Below are positions 1 to 10,411 of a stretch of DNA of 64,000 bases, piece after piece. This stretch comes from Patescibacteria group bacterium. Its GTDB lineage: Bacteria > Patescibacteriota > Gracilibacteria > UBA1369. The notes under the pieces were generated by a model that searched no databases, was not told the origin of the DNA, and was given only the letters and a program-made list of their open reading frames with translations. Every line of letters begins with the position of its first letter. Position 1 is the stretch's first letter. The translations under genes were made by a program, and so were the position numbers. The stretch is from contig CAUJCM010000003.1 of the NCBI GenBank assembly GCA_963169655.1, positions 31,741 through 95,740 on the forward strand, given 5' to 3'.

Positions 1-1852
1 AGCCTTAGCAGAAATTCAAAAAATAGAGTTTAACAAATATAAACAAAGCATTAAAGCACCTCATTTTGTTTTTTATGTTATTCAAGAGTTAGAATCAAAA
101 TATGGAAAAGAATTAGTTGAACAAGGTGGATTAAAAGTATATACGACTTTAGACCCTAAACTCCAAGATATAGCAGAGGAAGCTATTTCATCACGCAGTG
201 AAAGTTATGAAAAAAATTATAATGTTAAAAATACTGCATTAGTTTCATTAAACCCTGAAAATAGTCAAATTTTAGCTATGATAGGCTCAAGAAATTATTT
301 TGATACAGAAATAGACGGGCAAACTAACATTATAACTAGTTTTAGACAACCAGGATCAACTTTCAAACCAATTGTTTATGCTTCCGCCTTCATCAATAGA
401 TATTCCCCTGCTTCAATTATTTTTGATGTTTCCACACCTTTTGGAGCCAGTTGGCCAAAAAATTATGATGGAAAATTCCAAGGACCTATCAGTTTAAGAG
501 TTGCTTTAGCCCAATCTAGAAATATTCCTGCAATTAAAAGTTATTTTTTAGGAGGTGAACAAAAACAAATAGTCCCACTCGCTGAAAGTTTAGGAGTTAA
601 ATTTTTAGATAGAGATAGTGAATTTGGGTATCCTCTTTCATTAGGGGCTGGAGAAACTACTCTTTTAAGCATGGCAAATGCTTATGCAACTTTTGCTAAT
701 CAAGGTATACACAATTCGCCAGTTGCAATTTTAAGAGTTGAAAATGCTCAAGGACAATTGCTTGAAGAATGGAAACCAACAGAAAAACAGATACCTGTAA
801 TTGACCCACAAGTAGCTTATTTAATAACTAGTATTTTATCAGACAGATCAGTAAATGTTGGAAGTAATCTAAATGTAAATGGACAAATTAATGCAGCAAA
901 AACAGGTACTTCTAATCGTAAAATTGGCAATCAATATCTTCCCAATGACTTATTAACAATTGGCTATACAACTAAGTTAGTCACAGCAGTATGGGGCGGA
1001 AATAATGATACTACAAAGGATGGTAATTTAAGAGCTAATGCAGATGGATATAATGTAGCTGCTCCAATCTTTAAAGAATTTATGGAAAAAGGGCTTTCTG
1101 GAAATCCTGCAGAAGAATTTCCTATTCCAGAAGGTATTAGACAAGAAACTGTCTCAAAATACAGTGGTAAATTAGTCAGTAATTTAACACCAATTGATGC
1201 CCATATTACAGATTATTTTGCAAGCTGGGCAGTACCTACTGAAATGGATGAAAGTTATAGTGGCATTCCAGATTTTTCAGCTTCAGAAAAGCTAAGTCCA
1301 AACACCTGTCAAAATGGCCAAGCACAATTATTATATAAATCTGTTCTTCATGATATTGACCCAAATAGAGAAGTCTGGGAAGAATATGCTCAAAAATGGC
1401 TAAGTGAAAATGCAGACATTCTAAATCAACAGATAGGAAAAATTGAATGTGCAAATATTTCTCAAGATCAAACACCAAATTTTGAGATAGTTAATTTACA
1501 AGACAATCAAATATTATTTGATAAAAATTTCACCGTACAAATTAAAATAAGTCCAAATATTAAAGCAAAACAAGCTCTCTTTTATATTGATAATTCACTT
1601 CAATATAATCAAGATCAAGCACCCTTCTCTGGAAATATCAGAATACCAAGGGATGAAAATCAATTCAGTCATAAACTCACAATCTTATTATATGATATCA
1701 ATGGAAATATAGGCTCTAAAACAATTACAATTAAAACACATCAAGATAGTGATTCCAACAATTTATCATCGAACAATATGGAAAACAACAATTCAACAGA
1801 GCCATCTTCAAATCACAGTAATGACCCTATTAATGAACCAATTGAACAGTAA
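1..1852 (+). CDS. class A penicillin-binding protein (PBP1A-type), 5'-truncated by the window edge
   Basis: The frame is open from base 2. Translation upstream of the listed Met reads APHFVFYVIQELESKYGKELVEQGGLKVYTTLDPKLQ...NTALVSLNPENSQILAMIGSRNYF. Transpeptidase motifs follow: SxxK (GSTFKP), SxN (SRN), KTG (KTGTS). The C-terminal tail is Asn/Ser-rich. Confidence 0.9.
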   Translation, partial: ALAEIQKIEFNKYKQSIKAPHFVFYVIQELESKYGKELVEQGGLKVYTTLDPKLQDIAEEAISSRSESYEKNYNVKNTALVSLNPENSQILAMIGSRNYFDTEIDGQTNIITSFRQPGSTFKPIVYASAFINRYSPASIIFDVSTPFGASWPKNYDGKFQGPISLRVALAQSRNIPAIKSYFLGGEQKQIVPLAESLGVKFLDRDSEFGYPLSLGAGETTLLSMANAYATFANQGIHNSPVAILRVENAQGQLLEEWKPTEKQIPVIDPQVAYLITSILSDRSVNVGSNLNVNGQINAAKTGTSNRKIGNQYLPNDLLTIGYTTKLVTAVWGGNNDTTKDGNLRANADGYNVAAPIFKEFMEKGLSGNPAEEFPIPEGIRQETVSKYSGKLVSNLTPIDAHITDYFASWAVPTEMDESYSGIPDFSASEKLSPNTCQNGQAQLLYKSVLHDIDPNREVWEEYAQKWLSENADILNQQIGKIECANISQDQTPNFEIVNLQDNQILFDKNFTVQIKISPNIKAKQALFYIDNSLQYNQDQAPFSGNIRIPRDENQFSHKLTILLYDINGNIGSKTITIKTHQDSDSNNLSSNNMENNNSTEPSSNHSNDPINEPIEQ

Positions 1853-1858
1853 ATATTC

Positions 1859-2650
1859 ATGAAATCATTAATTAAATATCTTTTATTATTAATTTTCATT
1901 TTATCCAGTTTATTTAATGTGGGATGTAATCTATTAAAAGATGTACCTCCCATTCATAAACTACAATTAAATCAATTAAATGATGGACAAAATAATTTAT
2001 TATTTATTCAAATAGATCCAAATAAATACCATTTTGAAATTCAACAAAATACAAATAAAGATGACCGGAAAAATATCAAAGAAATAAAAGAAATTTACCA
2101 AGCCGACTTGGTATTGAATGGTAGTTTTTACAGTGAAAATTTTGAACCTCTTGGATTATTAATATCAAACCAAATACTACTATTTCCACTTTTTAAATCA
2201 GAATTAATGAATGGTGTTTTTTTCATTACAAAAGACAATATTCCTCAACTATTAACTTATAATAATTTTATCGAGCAACAAGAACAGTTAACAAAGAATA
2301 TTAGTTTTGCCATTCAAGCAGGCCCCATTTTGATTAATCAAGATCAAGAAGTTATAGCTGATCCAAACAACACAAAAAGAGCTAGTAGAACAGCCATAGG
2401 AATTGATAAAAACAATAATATTATAATTATAATTTTGCATAATAGTATTTTTAATCAAAATAATTTTTTAACTCTTCTCGAGTTTAGTAATTTAATTAAG
2501 AATAATAAGGAATTGCAAAATTTAGGCATACATTCAGTTATTAACCTAGATGGAGGAAAATCGACAGGTATTGCAATTTATGATCAATATTTTCCAGAAA
2601 TTGAAAAAGTACAAAATCTCATCACAGTAACTCAAAACAATAATGAATAA
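1859..2650 (+). CDS. phosphodiester glycosidase family (DUF2233-like) lipoprotein
   Basis: Lipobox LFNVGC. Motifs LVLNGSFY, AIQAGPILI, RTAIGIDKNN and NLDGGKST are typical of the family. Confidence 0.7.
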   Translation: MKSLIKYLLLLIFILSSLFNVGCNLLKDVPPIHKLQLNQLNDGQNNLLFIQIDPNKYHFEIQQNTNKDDRKNIKEIKEIYQADLVLNGSFYSENFEPLGLLISNQILLFPLFKSELMNGVFFITKDNIPQLLTYNNFIEQQEQLTKNISFAIQAGPILINQDQEVIADPNNTKRASRTAIGIDKNNNIIIIILHNSIFNQNNFLTLLEFSNLIKNNKELQNLGIHSVINLDGGKSTGIAIYDQYFPEIEKVQNLITVTQNNNE

Positions 2651-3677
2651 AAATATATTTGTTATCAGTGATATTGAGCTTGGTCAAGGAGACATATTTG
2701 ACGATTTCAAAGATGAAACAATGTTAATTGATTTCATAAATAAAATATCTCAAGAACCTGGAAAAAATATTTTAATTTTAAATGGAGATACATTCGATTT
2801 TTTAAAAATGCCTTACAAAGATGTATTTACACATCATATAACCGAAGATATTTCTTTGTGGAAAATGCAAAGGATTATTGATACTTATCCCAATATTTTT
2901 AAAGCATTAAGATACTTCATTAGTAAAAGAAGTAACAGAATTCAATTTAATGTAGGCAACCATGATTTCGACATCATGTGGCCATCAGTACAAAATTTGA
3001 TTAAAAAAACATTGAAAGAAAATACTAAAATAGTTTTTGCACAAGAATTTAACAATCAAGAAATCCATATTGAACATGGACATCAAGTTGACTACTTCCA
3101 TAAAATGGATATGAAAAAACCATTCATCAAATATAAAGGTAAAAAACTTTTAAATTTACCAATTGGATCTGTTTCAATTATTAAATATTTTATTGAATTA
3201 AAAAAAGAATTTCCTTATGAAGAATCAATTTACCCTCGTCATCAAGCATTTGAATCTTTTCCAACTTTCAAAAAAAGAAAACAAAAAATTGCAAGAAATT
3301 TTATTCTTAAAGGATTACTTTTAAATTTCATTATTGGTATTGGCGATCCCATCTCGAATGTTCCATATATTAATTTTATAAAACATGTATTTTCACATGG
3401 CCTTGAAACATTAGATGGTAGCAAGTTTATGAGAAAAAGATTTAAAAATATCATAAAGCTACATCCCAATAAAAAAGTTTATATAATGGGACATATGCAC
3501 ATCACTCATCATGATATACATCCAACACAAGACCATATTCAAATTGTTACTGACACTTGGAGACATGAATTTCGTATTCAAAAGCACGATACTATTTCCA
3601 AGCTTAAAAACTACGCAAAAATAGTATATGATAACAATAAACTTATTAGCGTAGATTTATTAACTTTTGTACCATGA
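2643..3677 (+). CDS. calcineurin-like metallophosphoesterase
   Basis: Motifs SDIELG, NGDTFDF, GNHD, HGH and GHMH appear in canonical order. It overlaps the neighbouring genes by 8 and 4 nt. Confidence 0.75.
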   Translation: MNKNIFVISDIELGQGDIFDDFKDETMLIDFINKISQEPGKNILILNGDTFDFLKMPYKDVFTHHITEDISLWKMQRIIDTYPNIFKALRYFISKRSNRIQFNVGNHDFDIMWPSVQNLIKKTLKENTKIVFAQEFNNQEIHIEHGHQVDYFHKMDMKKPFIKYKGKKLLNLPIGSVSIIKYFIELKKEFPYEESIYPRHQAFESFPTFKKRKQKIARNFILKGLLLNFIIGIGDPISNVPYINFIKHVFSHGLETLDGSKFMRKRFKNIIKLHPNKKVYIMGHMHITHHDIHPTQDHIQIVTDTWRHEFRIQKHDTISKLKNYAKIVYDNNKLISVDLLTFVP

Positions 3678-4240
3678 ATATAAATTCAGCAACTCATTTA
3701 ACATCATTAGTTGTTAATAGTAATTTACCAGAAAACAATCTCCCAATTTATGCTTTTATTGGCAGATCAAATGTTGGCAAATCAACTCTAATCAACTCTT
3801 TGACTAATCAAAAAGAATTAGCAAGAACCAGTTCAAAACCAGGAAAAACACAAACAATAAATTTATTTTTAATAAATAAAAAAATATATTTTGCAGATTT
3901 ACCAGGCTATGGATATGCCAAATTAAGTAAAGCAGAAAGAAAAAATCTACAAAATATTATAATTTGGTTTTTTAATCATCCTGATTTAATTTTTAAACAA
4001 ATATTTATCTTAATCGACAGTAAAATTGGACCTACTAAAGATGATATTGAATTTATTGGCTTCATTCATTCATACAATTTACCATTTTCAATTATTTTAA
4101 CTAAAATAGATAAATTAAAAAGAAGCCAGTTAAATCAACAAATATTAAATTTGAAAAATCAATTTTTAGGACACAATATTCTCCCCTATTCATCATTTAC
4201 TCAAGAAGGGAAAAAAGAGTTACTAACTCAAATTATCTAG
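3674..4240 (+). CDS. engB: ribosome biogenesis GTP-binding protein YihA/EngB
   Basis: G1 GRSNVGKSTLIN, G3 DLPGYGYA, G4 TKIDK. About 190 aa, with an ATGA overlap with the upstream gene. Confidence 0.85.
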   Translation: MNINSATHLTSLVVNSNLPENNLPIYAFIGRSNVGKSTLINSLTNQKELARTSSKPGKTQTINLFLINKKIYFADLPGYGYAKLSKAERKNLQNIIIWFFNHPDLIFKQIFILIDSKIGPTKDDIEFIGFIHSYNLPFSIILTKIDKLKRSQLNQQILNLKNQFLGHNILPYSSFTQEGKKELLTQII

Positions 4241-5243
4241 GTAAAAACCAAAAATCATCTTCAATATTTGGATCAAAAATACTTAATACTTTTTGATTAT
4301 GTAATCTAAATAAATTCACATGCATAGTGTAATTTGGACTAATCAAAATTACATTTTTTCCAGCATCAAATAATGTTTGATATAATGAAGCAAAATCTCC
4401 ATCGCCAGAAAAAAATATTTGATTATCATATTTTTCTAAAGTTTTAGGATGTAAACTATATGCCACAATATCCGGATCCAAATCACATTTAAAATATAAA
4501 GACCTAGTTTCCTCAATCACACCTTGCAAATTATCTATATTCTCTTTTATTCCGAACATTTCTGCCAATAATATATTTTTATCTCTATTATCAGCTTGAG
4601 CCATATTTAAAGTACCCATAACAGCTTCATATCTTTCTCTGAAATTCTGAATGATATGATAAATATCTTTAACCACTTTTCTATGATCCTTATCAGTAGC
4701 CAAATACTTCCTTCTTATTTCTGAAGTTTTAGTAATGACTTCACAGCCATCATTTTTAAATAATTCTTCAAGATATAATAAATTACCAGCACTAACGACT
4801 ATATCAATTTTTTGACGAATTATATTACTAGTAAAATCAATTTCTTCATTTCCATCTAATGACCTAATATAACTTTTAAGAGCTAAAGACAACAATTGAA
4901 TAAATTTTTCGTCATCATCTTCTTTTAATGTAGCAAAACGATTATTATTAAATAAATCAGGTTGATATTTTAGTACCCATTTAGTCACCTCCTTAATCAA
5001 CTTGGGATGAAGATAAGTTTTAGGCATAAAAACCCTAGTGTCTTGTATAAATTCACTATTTTTAAAAATTGACGTAACATTTGGTATAGAAATTTTGCTA
5101 CGCTCTCCTTCATTTCTCATAACATTCCAAGCTGTAACATTACTATAATCAATATTAACTAAAGTTCTATTAGGATTAAGCCCCCGTAATTGAGCCGTAT
5201 CTTTAATTAAATCCTCTAATCCATTTTTATTCCTTAATTCCAT
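4233..5243 (-). CDS. NYN (LabA-like) domain protein with a large internal insertion
   Basis: N-terminal LVNIDYSNV and C-terminal KCDLDPDIVA...SGDGDFASLYQTLFDAGKNVILIS match the NYN/LabA acidic motifs. About 200 aa of unrecognised sequence lies between them. Confidence 0.55.
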   Translation of the reverse strand: MELRNKNGLEDLIKDTAQLRGLNPNRTLVNIDYSNVTAWNVMRNEGERSKISIPNVTSIFKNSEFIQDTRVFMPKTYLHPKLIKEVTKWVLKYQPDLFNNNRFATLKEDDDEKFIQLLSLALKSYIRSLDGNEEIDFTSNIIRQKIDIVVSAGNLLYLEELFKNDGCEVITKTSEIRRKYLATDKDHRKVVKDIYHIIQNFRERYEAVMGTLNMAQADNRDKNILLAEMFGIKENIDNLQGVIEETRSLYFKCDLDPDIVAYSLHPKTLEKYDNQIFFSGDGDFASLYQTLFDAGKNVILISPNYTMHVNLFRLHNQKVLSIFDPNIEDDFWFLPR

Positions 5244-5373
5244 TATATTATAATTTATTAAATCGCATTAATAAGCCATTTTCCTTCTTATTTCACTAAA
5301 CAGTATAGTAATTTTACATCATTTTTACATTTTGGCAAGTATTATGTTATAATAAATTGATTTACATAAAATA

Positions 5374-7077
5374 ATGTTAGAAAATACATTTTTACAACTC
5401 AGTATAATATTGCTAATAGCCTTAGGAATAAGTAGTATTTTTCAATTATTTAAACAACCAATAATGATTGCCTATATTTTAACAGGTATTATTGTTGGAC
5501 CAATAGGGTTTGCAATTATTAATAATTCTAACAACCTCTCCACCTACAGCCAGATTGGGATTAGCTTCTTATTATTTATTATCGGCATAACTTTAAATCC
5601 TGAACATATTAAAAGTTTAGGGAAAAAATCAATATTTATCACTTTAATCACAAGTTTTCTAAGTTTTATTTTATTTTATTACACAGCAATATTATTCAAT
5701 TTTTCTTCTCTTGAAAGTCTATTATTAGGATTAGGATTTTCCTTTAATTCAACAATAGTCATTATGAAACTCCTCAGTGATAAATTAGAATTAGAGACAC
5801 TATCAAGCCAAATCACCATTGGGATATTAATCATCCAAGACTTACTAGCTATGATACTTTTAGTAGTTTTGGCTGCTATAAATCAAGGGGATAATATTAT
5901 TAACAGTTTAATATTCCTATTAATTAAATGTGTAATAACAACTAGTCTTTTACTTTTATTTAGCTACAAATTCCTCCCAAAAATTACCCGTAAAATAGCT
6001 AGCTCACAAGAAATCTTATTATTATTTTCTGTAGGTTGGTGTATGTCTATCGCCAGCATTTACTATTTATCAGGTTTCTCAATAGAAATGGGGGCTTTAT
6101 TTGCAGGAATCACATTATCACTATCACCATATAGATATGAAATCATTGCTAAAATGAAGCCACTTAGGGATTTTTTTATAATTTTATTCTTCGTTTTTTT
6201 AGGATCAGACATCATTTTTTCTGAAATAGCCAATCTGATATTACCAACCGTTATATTTACATTATTCATTTTAATTATTAGACCTATCTTATCAATTTTT
6301 ACAATTCAAAAATTTTCATATAATAATCAAACAAGTTTTTTAGCAGGTATAAATTTTAGCCAAGTAAGCGAATTTTCATTAATTTTTATAGCTCTAAGCA
6401 TTCAATATAAATTGATTGATCATAAAATTCTTTCTTTAATAACATTTATTACATTCATCAGTATCATAGGATCTACATATTTAATAAATTATAATCATCA
6501 GCTATATAAAAAATTAAAGAAATATTTTAATTTTGAAAATAAAAAACATCAAAAATTCAACATTAATCCAGTACAGCAAAAAACTCATAAAAATGAAATC
6601 CTTTTACTAGGTTATTCAAGAATGGGAAGATCTTTAATAGAAACATTACACAACTTAAATACCGACTTTTTCATTATAGACTTCAATCCAGAAATTATAC
6701 AAAGACTCAAAAAAGATAATTATAACTGTTTATATGGAAATATTAACAGTTTAGAAATATTAGAAAGCATTAATTTTTCTATAACTAATATAATTGTTTG
6801 CACTGTAAAAGATTATGAAAATAATCTCTTATTAATCGATTATATTAAACAAAAAAATCCTCAATCAGTTTTAATCATGGTAGCTCATACCAATAATGAA
6901 GCTTTAAGTTTATATGAAAGAGGAGCCGATTATGTCATTATGCCTTATCATCTTGGAGGTCTACAAATCACAAATTTATTAGAAAATTATCAAAACAATT
7001 TAGAAAATTTAATCATTGAAAAGAAATCTCATATCAATAAAATATTAATCAGTAAAGAATTAGGTAATTCTAAATAA
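5374..7077 (+). CDS. monovalent cation:proton antiporter (CPA2/Kef-type) with a C-terminal TrkA-N (RCK) domain
   Basis: About 380 aa of multi-TM hydrophobic core, followed by a Rossmann-like ILLLGYSRMGRSL and a soluble domain. Confidence 0.75.
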   Translation: MLENTFLQLSIILLIALGISSIFQLFKQPIMIAYILTGIIVGPIGFAIINNSNNLSTYSQIGISFLLFIIGITLNPEHIKSLGKKSIFITLITSFLSFILFYYTAILFNFSSLESLLLGLGFSFNSTIVIMKLLSDKLELETLSSQITIGILIIQDLLAMILLVVLAAINQGDNIINSLIFLLIKCVITTSLLLLFSYKFLPKITRKIASSQEILLLFSVGWCMSIASIYYLSGFSIEMGALFAGITLSLSPYRYEIIAKMKPLRDFFIILFFVFLGSDIIFSEIANLILPTVIFTLFILIIRPILSIFTIQKFSYNNQTSFLAGINFSQVSEFSLIFIALSIQYKLIDHKILSLITFITFISIIGSTYLINYNHQLYKKLKKYFNFENKKHQKFNINPVQQKTHKNEILLLGYSRMGRSLIETLHNLNTDFFIIDFNPEIIQRLKKDNYNCLYGNINSLEILESINFSITNIIVCTVKDYENNLLLIDYIKQKNPQSVLIMVAHTNNEALSLYERGADYVIMPYHLGGLQITNLLENYQNNLENLIIEKKSHINKILISKELGNSK

Positions 7078-7394
7078 TGGTACAAAAAATAGTAATTTAT
7101 ATAGTAAATAGACTCAAAACACATTCTAATTATGCTTTCAATTTATGGGGAGTCAACAACCCTTCAACTTTTTTGAAAATAAAAAGACTAATTATATTCA
7201 TATCTTCTGCCTTAATTGTTTCCATTTGGCCTGTAGAAAATCATTTAATTGAAAATAGCATTTTCTTAACTGCTTTTTTTATCTTCTTAATAATTTATCA
7301 AAAAACTATATCCAGATGGATAATATTATTTTATTTAAATTTAAATATTGTTTGGATTTTCTATTTAGTGCAATATTTTCTACCTAAAGTTTAA
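7077..7394 (+). CDS. hypothetical small membrane protein
   Basis: TAATG stop/start overlap with the antiporter gene. Three hydrophobic segments and no recognisable motif. Confidence 0.45.
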   Translation: MVQKIVIYIVNRLKTHSNYAFNLWGVNNPSTFLKIKRLIIFISSALIVSIWPVENHLIENSIFLTAFFIFLIIYQKTISRWIILFYLNLNIVWIFYLVQYFLPKV

Positions 7395-7396
7395 TT

Positions 7397-10336
7397 CTAT
7401 TTTGATTGATCAGAACGATCTATATCTTTTAAAACAAAAATGTAAACAGCCCCACCAATAACAGTTAATATTACAACTATACCAACCCAAAAAGGCCAGC
7501 TTTGTTTAGTCACAAAATTAGAAACATTATGTAACCAACCATCAGATGTTTTATTTAAACTAGCTCCCAGAACATTACCTTGATCACCTTTATTAACTGT
7601 TAAATTAAAATTAATTTTAATAGTTTTACCCATTACATTATCTTTTTTCCTAATAGTTTGAATATAAACTGTATGAGAACCTTCTTCTAAAAGTGGAGAT
7701 TTAATAGAAAATACTCCATCTGTACTATCAGCAATTAAAGCCGACGAAACTACTAAGCTCTGCCAAGTTACATTAACTCTACTACCTAAATCAGTTAAAG
7801 TACCATAAAGCACAGGTTGTCCATCTTTAGAATCAACTTTCAATACTAAATTTTTAATTAATATATCTTCAGGAATGTCAGTAGATTCCAATTTTTTAAC
7901 TTTTGCAGATTCAAAAGCTATAGTAGTATCAATAACAACTTTTATCGGAGAAGATAATTTAACTTGCCCCTTGTTAATAGATCGGGCCAATAACATATAA
8001 GTACCATCTTTAATTTCAATATCAGGAATAAAAACAAACCTACCTCTAGCATCAGTTTCAGTTGTCCCCAAAATCATCTCACTGCCAAAATCATTTCTTA
8101 AAAGAATCTGAATTTTAACGATATTATTTCCCAAACTAGGAGCTCCTACACCTTTTATTAAAGGAGAATTATCAGCAATTATTTGTCCATATTGAAAATT
8201 ATTTATAACAACTGGAAAATCATCATTCATTTCTCCAGGACTATTTTTATCTAAAGGATTAGAATTTAATTCTAAAACTTCTTCCGCATCAGTATAACCA
8301 TCCCCATCCGTATCAATTCTAGTTGGATCAGTTCCATATAAATATTCTAAAGCATCTGAAAGTCCATCTCCATCTGTATCTTGCATACCATCCTTCACTT
8401 CAATATTATATTTAATTTCCCATGAATCTATAATCTTATTTCCATTTTTATCATCAGGCATTGATTTTGCGTCTAATGGATTACTTCCTGCTCTTAATTC
8501 TTCACTATCACTAAATCCATCTCCATCTGTATCCATCAATAAAGGATTTGTACCATATATATTAATTTCATCTCCATCGGACAATCCATCTCCATCTGTA
8601 TCAACATAATTTGGATTTGTTTTATATTTAAAAATTTCATCCCCATCTAACAATCCATCCCCATCTGTATCAGCGTGTTTAGGATTTGTAAAATAAATTT
8701 GATTTTCATCTATATTTAAAATACTATCTCCATCATCATCTGCCAAAATACTTGTTTCCAATTGATGTGCATTAATATAGTCTTCAAAAGCATCAACCAA
8801 TAAATCAACCTCCTGTAAGTTAGGTGACTGGTCAGGTTTAGCTTCACTACCTTCAATACAAGCCAAAATTTTTAATTCACAAATCTTATTATAAACAATT
8901 GGATAATACCAATGAGCATCATAAAGATCAGGTCTAACATCTTTAAACACAGTTTTTTGCTTCTTTATTAAATTTTCTTCTTCACTTGATAATGCAAAAG
9001 CTTTTTTAATCAAAAAATTCATTACAAAAACATCAGAATTTTGTAATTCAAGAGCTTGAGCTACCAAACTAGCAGCATATATTTCTTTGTAAAATAATGT
9101 ATTATAATCAAATCTTTCATATTTAAAATCCGAACTACCTTTTTCAAAATTAGATAAAACAGTAGTCAAAATTTTAAGTGTCTCAGCACGTGTAATTTCT
9201 TTTTCTGGTAAAAAAGGACTATTTTCAATTCCATAGTAACCTTGAATAACTGAAAGTAATGCTAAATTCTGAATATCATTTTTAAGTGGATTACCTTCTA
9301 AATCGGGAAATAAAACTAAATTTTTTGGATCCAATTTAATCCCATCAAAAGAACTAAACATTCTAAAAATATTAGTACAATTTTCTAAATCTGCATAGCA
9401 TCTATCAAGTAATTCTTTTCTTCTTTCTAAAATTTTCAATCTATTCACTACTAAATAAGCAACATATTGACGAGTAGTTATAGTAGGATCTTTAACTTTT
9501 ATTTTTTCTTCTTTAAAAACTTCATCCAAAGGCTTAATTTCATCTATTTTATAAGGTCTATCTAACGGCAAAATTCCAGAATTACTAGAACTTGGTTGTG
9601 ATGAACCTCTTGAAGTACCATTATCTCCTGTTGAGCCCGTGTTTATTCCACCATTATTTCCAGAACTATTATCTCCTGTTGAGCCCGTGTTTATTCCACC
9701 ATTATTTCCAGAATCATTATCTCCTGTTGCCCCTGAATCTGTCCCACCATTATTTTCAGAACCATTATCTCCTGCATCATTTTCAGAACTTTTATCAGGC
9801 TCATTATTACCCCCATCTGATGGTGGATTATAACCTCCACTACTTCCACCTCCTCCACCACCACCATTATCAATTGGTGGACTTACAATAATACCTTTAA
9901 CAATAAAATCAGCATGTGCAGTTAATCCAGTATAACTAGCTGTAATTTTAGCTGTAGCAGAACCTAAATTTAAGTCGCTCACAGGTGTTGCTACTCCAAT
10001 TGAATTAATAATAGCAATAGCTGGCTTATCTACCGACCAAAAAGTATTTGGGTCACTACTCACATCTTTATCTGGAATCGGACTAGGAGCATTCGGGTAG
10101 TCAAAGTGTGCAATTGCTTTAAAAATAACATTTCCTCCACCTTCATTAGCAGTTGCAGTCACTGGCTCAATTGATAAACTAGTAGGTTTATATACCAAAC
10201 CAAAATTTATATTAGTTCCACCTGAACAATTATTTGCATTGGTACAATCTAATGTATTAGCTAATAAAGGGGAAGAAATAAAAAACACGAACAACAGAAT
10301 AAATGTTCTCCTTAACAATCTATTAATATTAGACAT
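7397..10336 (-). CDS. large mosaic cell-surface protein (Big_2-like, Gly/Ser/Asn repeat, SLH-like, thrombospondin type 3 Ca-binding repeats, Ig-like, C-terminal TM anchor)
   Basis: Signal peptide. There are at least 7 D-x-D-x-D-G repeats (DTDGDGLSDGDE and variants, nt about 8240-8750). SLH-like segments (FPDLEGNPL...ITRAETLKIL). C-terminal WPFWVGIVVILTVIGGAVYIFVL. Confidence 0.8.
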   Translation of the reverse strand: MSNINRLLRRTFILLFVFFISSPLLANTLDCTNANNCSGGTNINFGLVYKPTSLSIEPVTATANEGGGNVIFKAIAHFDYPNAPSPIPDKDVSSDPNTFWSVDKPAIAIINSIGVATPVSDLNLGSATAKITASYTGLTAHADFIVKGIIVSPPIDNGGGGGGGSSGGYNPPSDGGNNEPDKSSENDAGDNGSENNGGTDSGATGDNDSGNNGGINTGSTGDNSSGNNGGINTGSTGDNGTSRGSSQPSSSNSGILPLDRPYKIDEIKPLDEVFKEEKIKVKDPTITTRQYVAYLVVNRLKILERRKELLDRCYADLENCTNIFRMFSSFDGIKLDPKNLVLFPDLEGNPLKNDIQNLALLSVIQGYYGIENSPFLPEKEITRAETLKILTTVLSNFEKGSSDFKYERFDYNTLFYKEIYAASLVAQALELQNSDVFVMNFLIKKAFALSSEEENLIKKQKTVFKDVRPDLYDAHWYYPIVYNKICELKILACIEGSEAKPDQSPNLQEVDLLVDAFEDYINAHQLETSILADDDGDSILNIDENQIYFTNPKHADTDGDGLLDGDEIFKYKTNPNYVDTDGDGLSDGDEINIYGTNPLLMDTDGDGFSDSEELRAGSNPLDAKSMPDDKNGNKIIDSWEIKYNIEVKDGMQDTDGDGLSDALEYLYGTDPTRIDTDGDGYTDAEEVLELNSNPLDKNSPGEMNDDFPVVINNFQYGQIIADNSPLIKGVGAPSLGNNIVKIQILLRNDFGSEMILGTTETDARGRFVFIPDIEIKDGTYMLLARSINKGQVKLSSPIKVVIDTTIAFESAKVKKLESTDIPEDILIKNLVLKVDSKDGQPVLYGTLTDLGSRVNVTWQSLVVSSALIADSTDGVFSIKSPLLEEGSHTVYIQTIRKKDNVMGKTIKINFNLTVNKGDQGNVLGASLNKTSDGWLHNVSNFVTKQSWPFWVGIVVILTVIGGAVYIFVLKDIDRSDQSK
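9620..9790. repeat. 48-bp in-frame tandem repeat (about 3.5 units) inside the surface-protein gene
   Basis: Units start at 9620, 9668, 9716 and 9764 (attatctcctgttgagcccgtgtttattccaccattatttccagaa...). The first two units are identical. They encode 16-aa GNNGGINTGSTGDNSS repeats. Confidence 0.9.
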
Positions 10337-10411
10337 AGAATTTTCTATTTATTATGTATTTTTATTTTCTTGAACATTCTAACATAAACACTTTAATCTG
10401 CAAATTGAATA

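Noticed and set aside
9592-9891. Three overlapping short ORFs (two on the plus strand, one on the minus strand) inside the Gly/Ser/Asn repeat region. The same applies to the other 60-105 aa antisense ORFs in the track: 1236-1478, 3242-3469, 6063-6269, 10828-11016, 14262-14792, 19124-19693, 22773-25883, 26841-27050, 30728-30967, 41665-41883, 50523-50708, 52553-52753, 55993-56190, 57893-58120, 59587-59787, 60983-62443.
   Set aside because: All lie wholly inside longer ORFs that carry recognisable domains or consistent signal-peptide/TM architecture. Their translations are low-complexity shadows typical of AT-rich or repetitive DNA.
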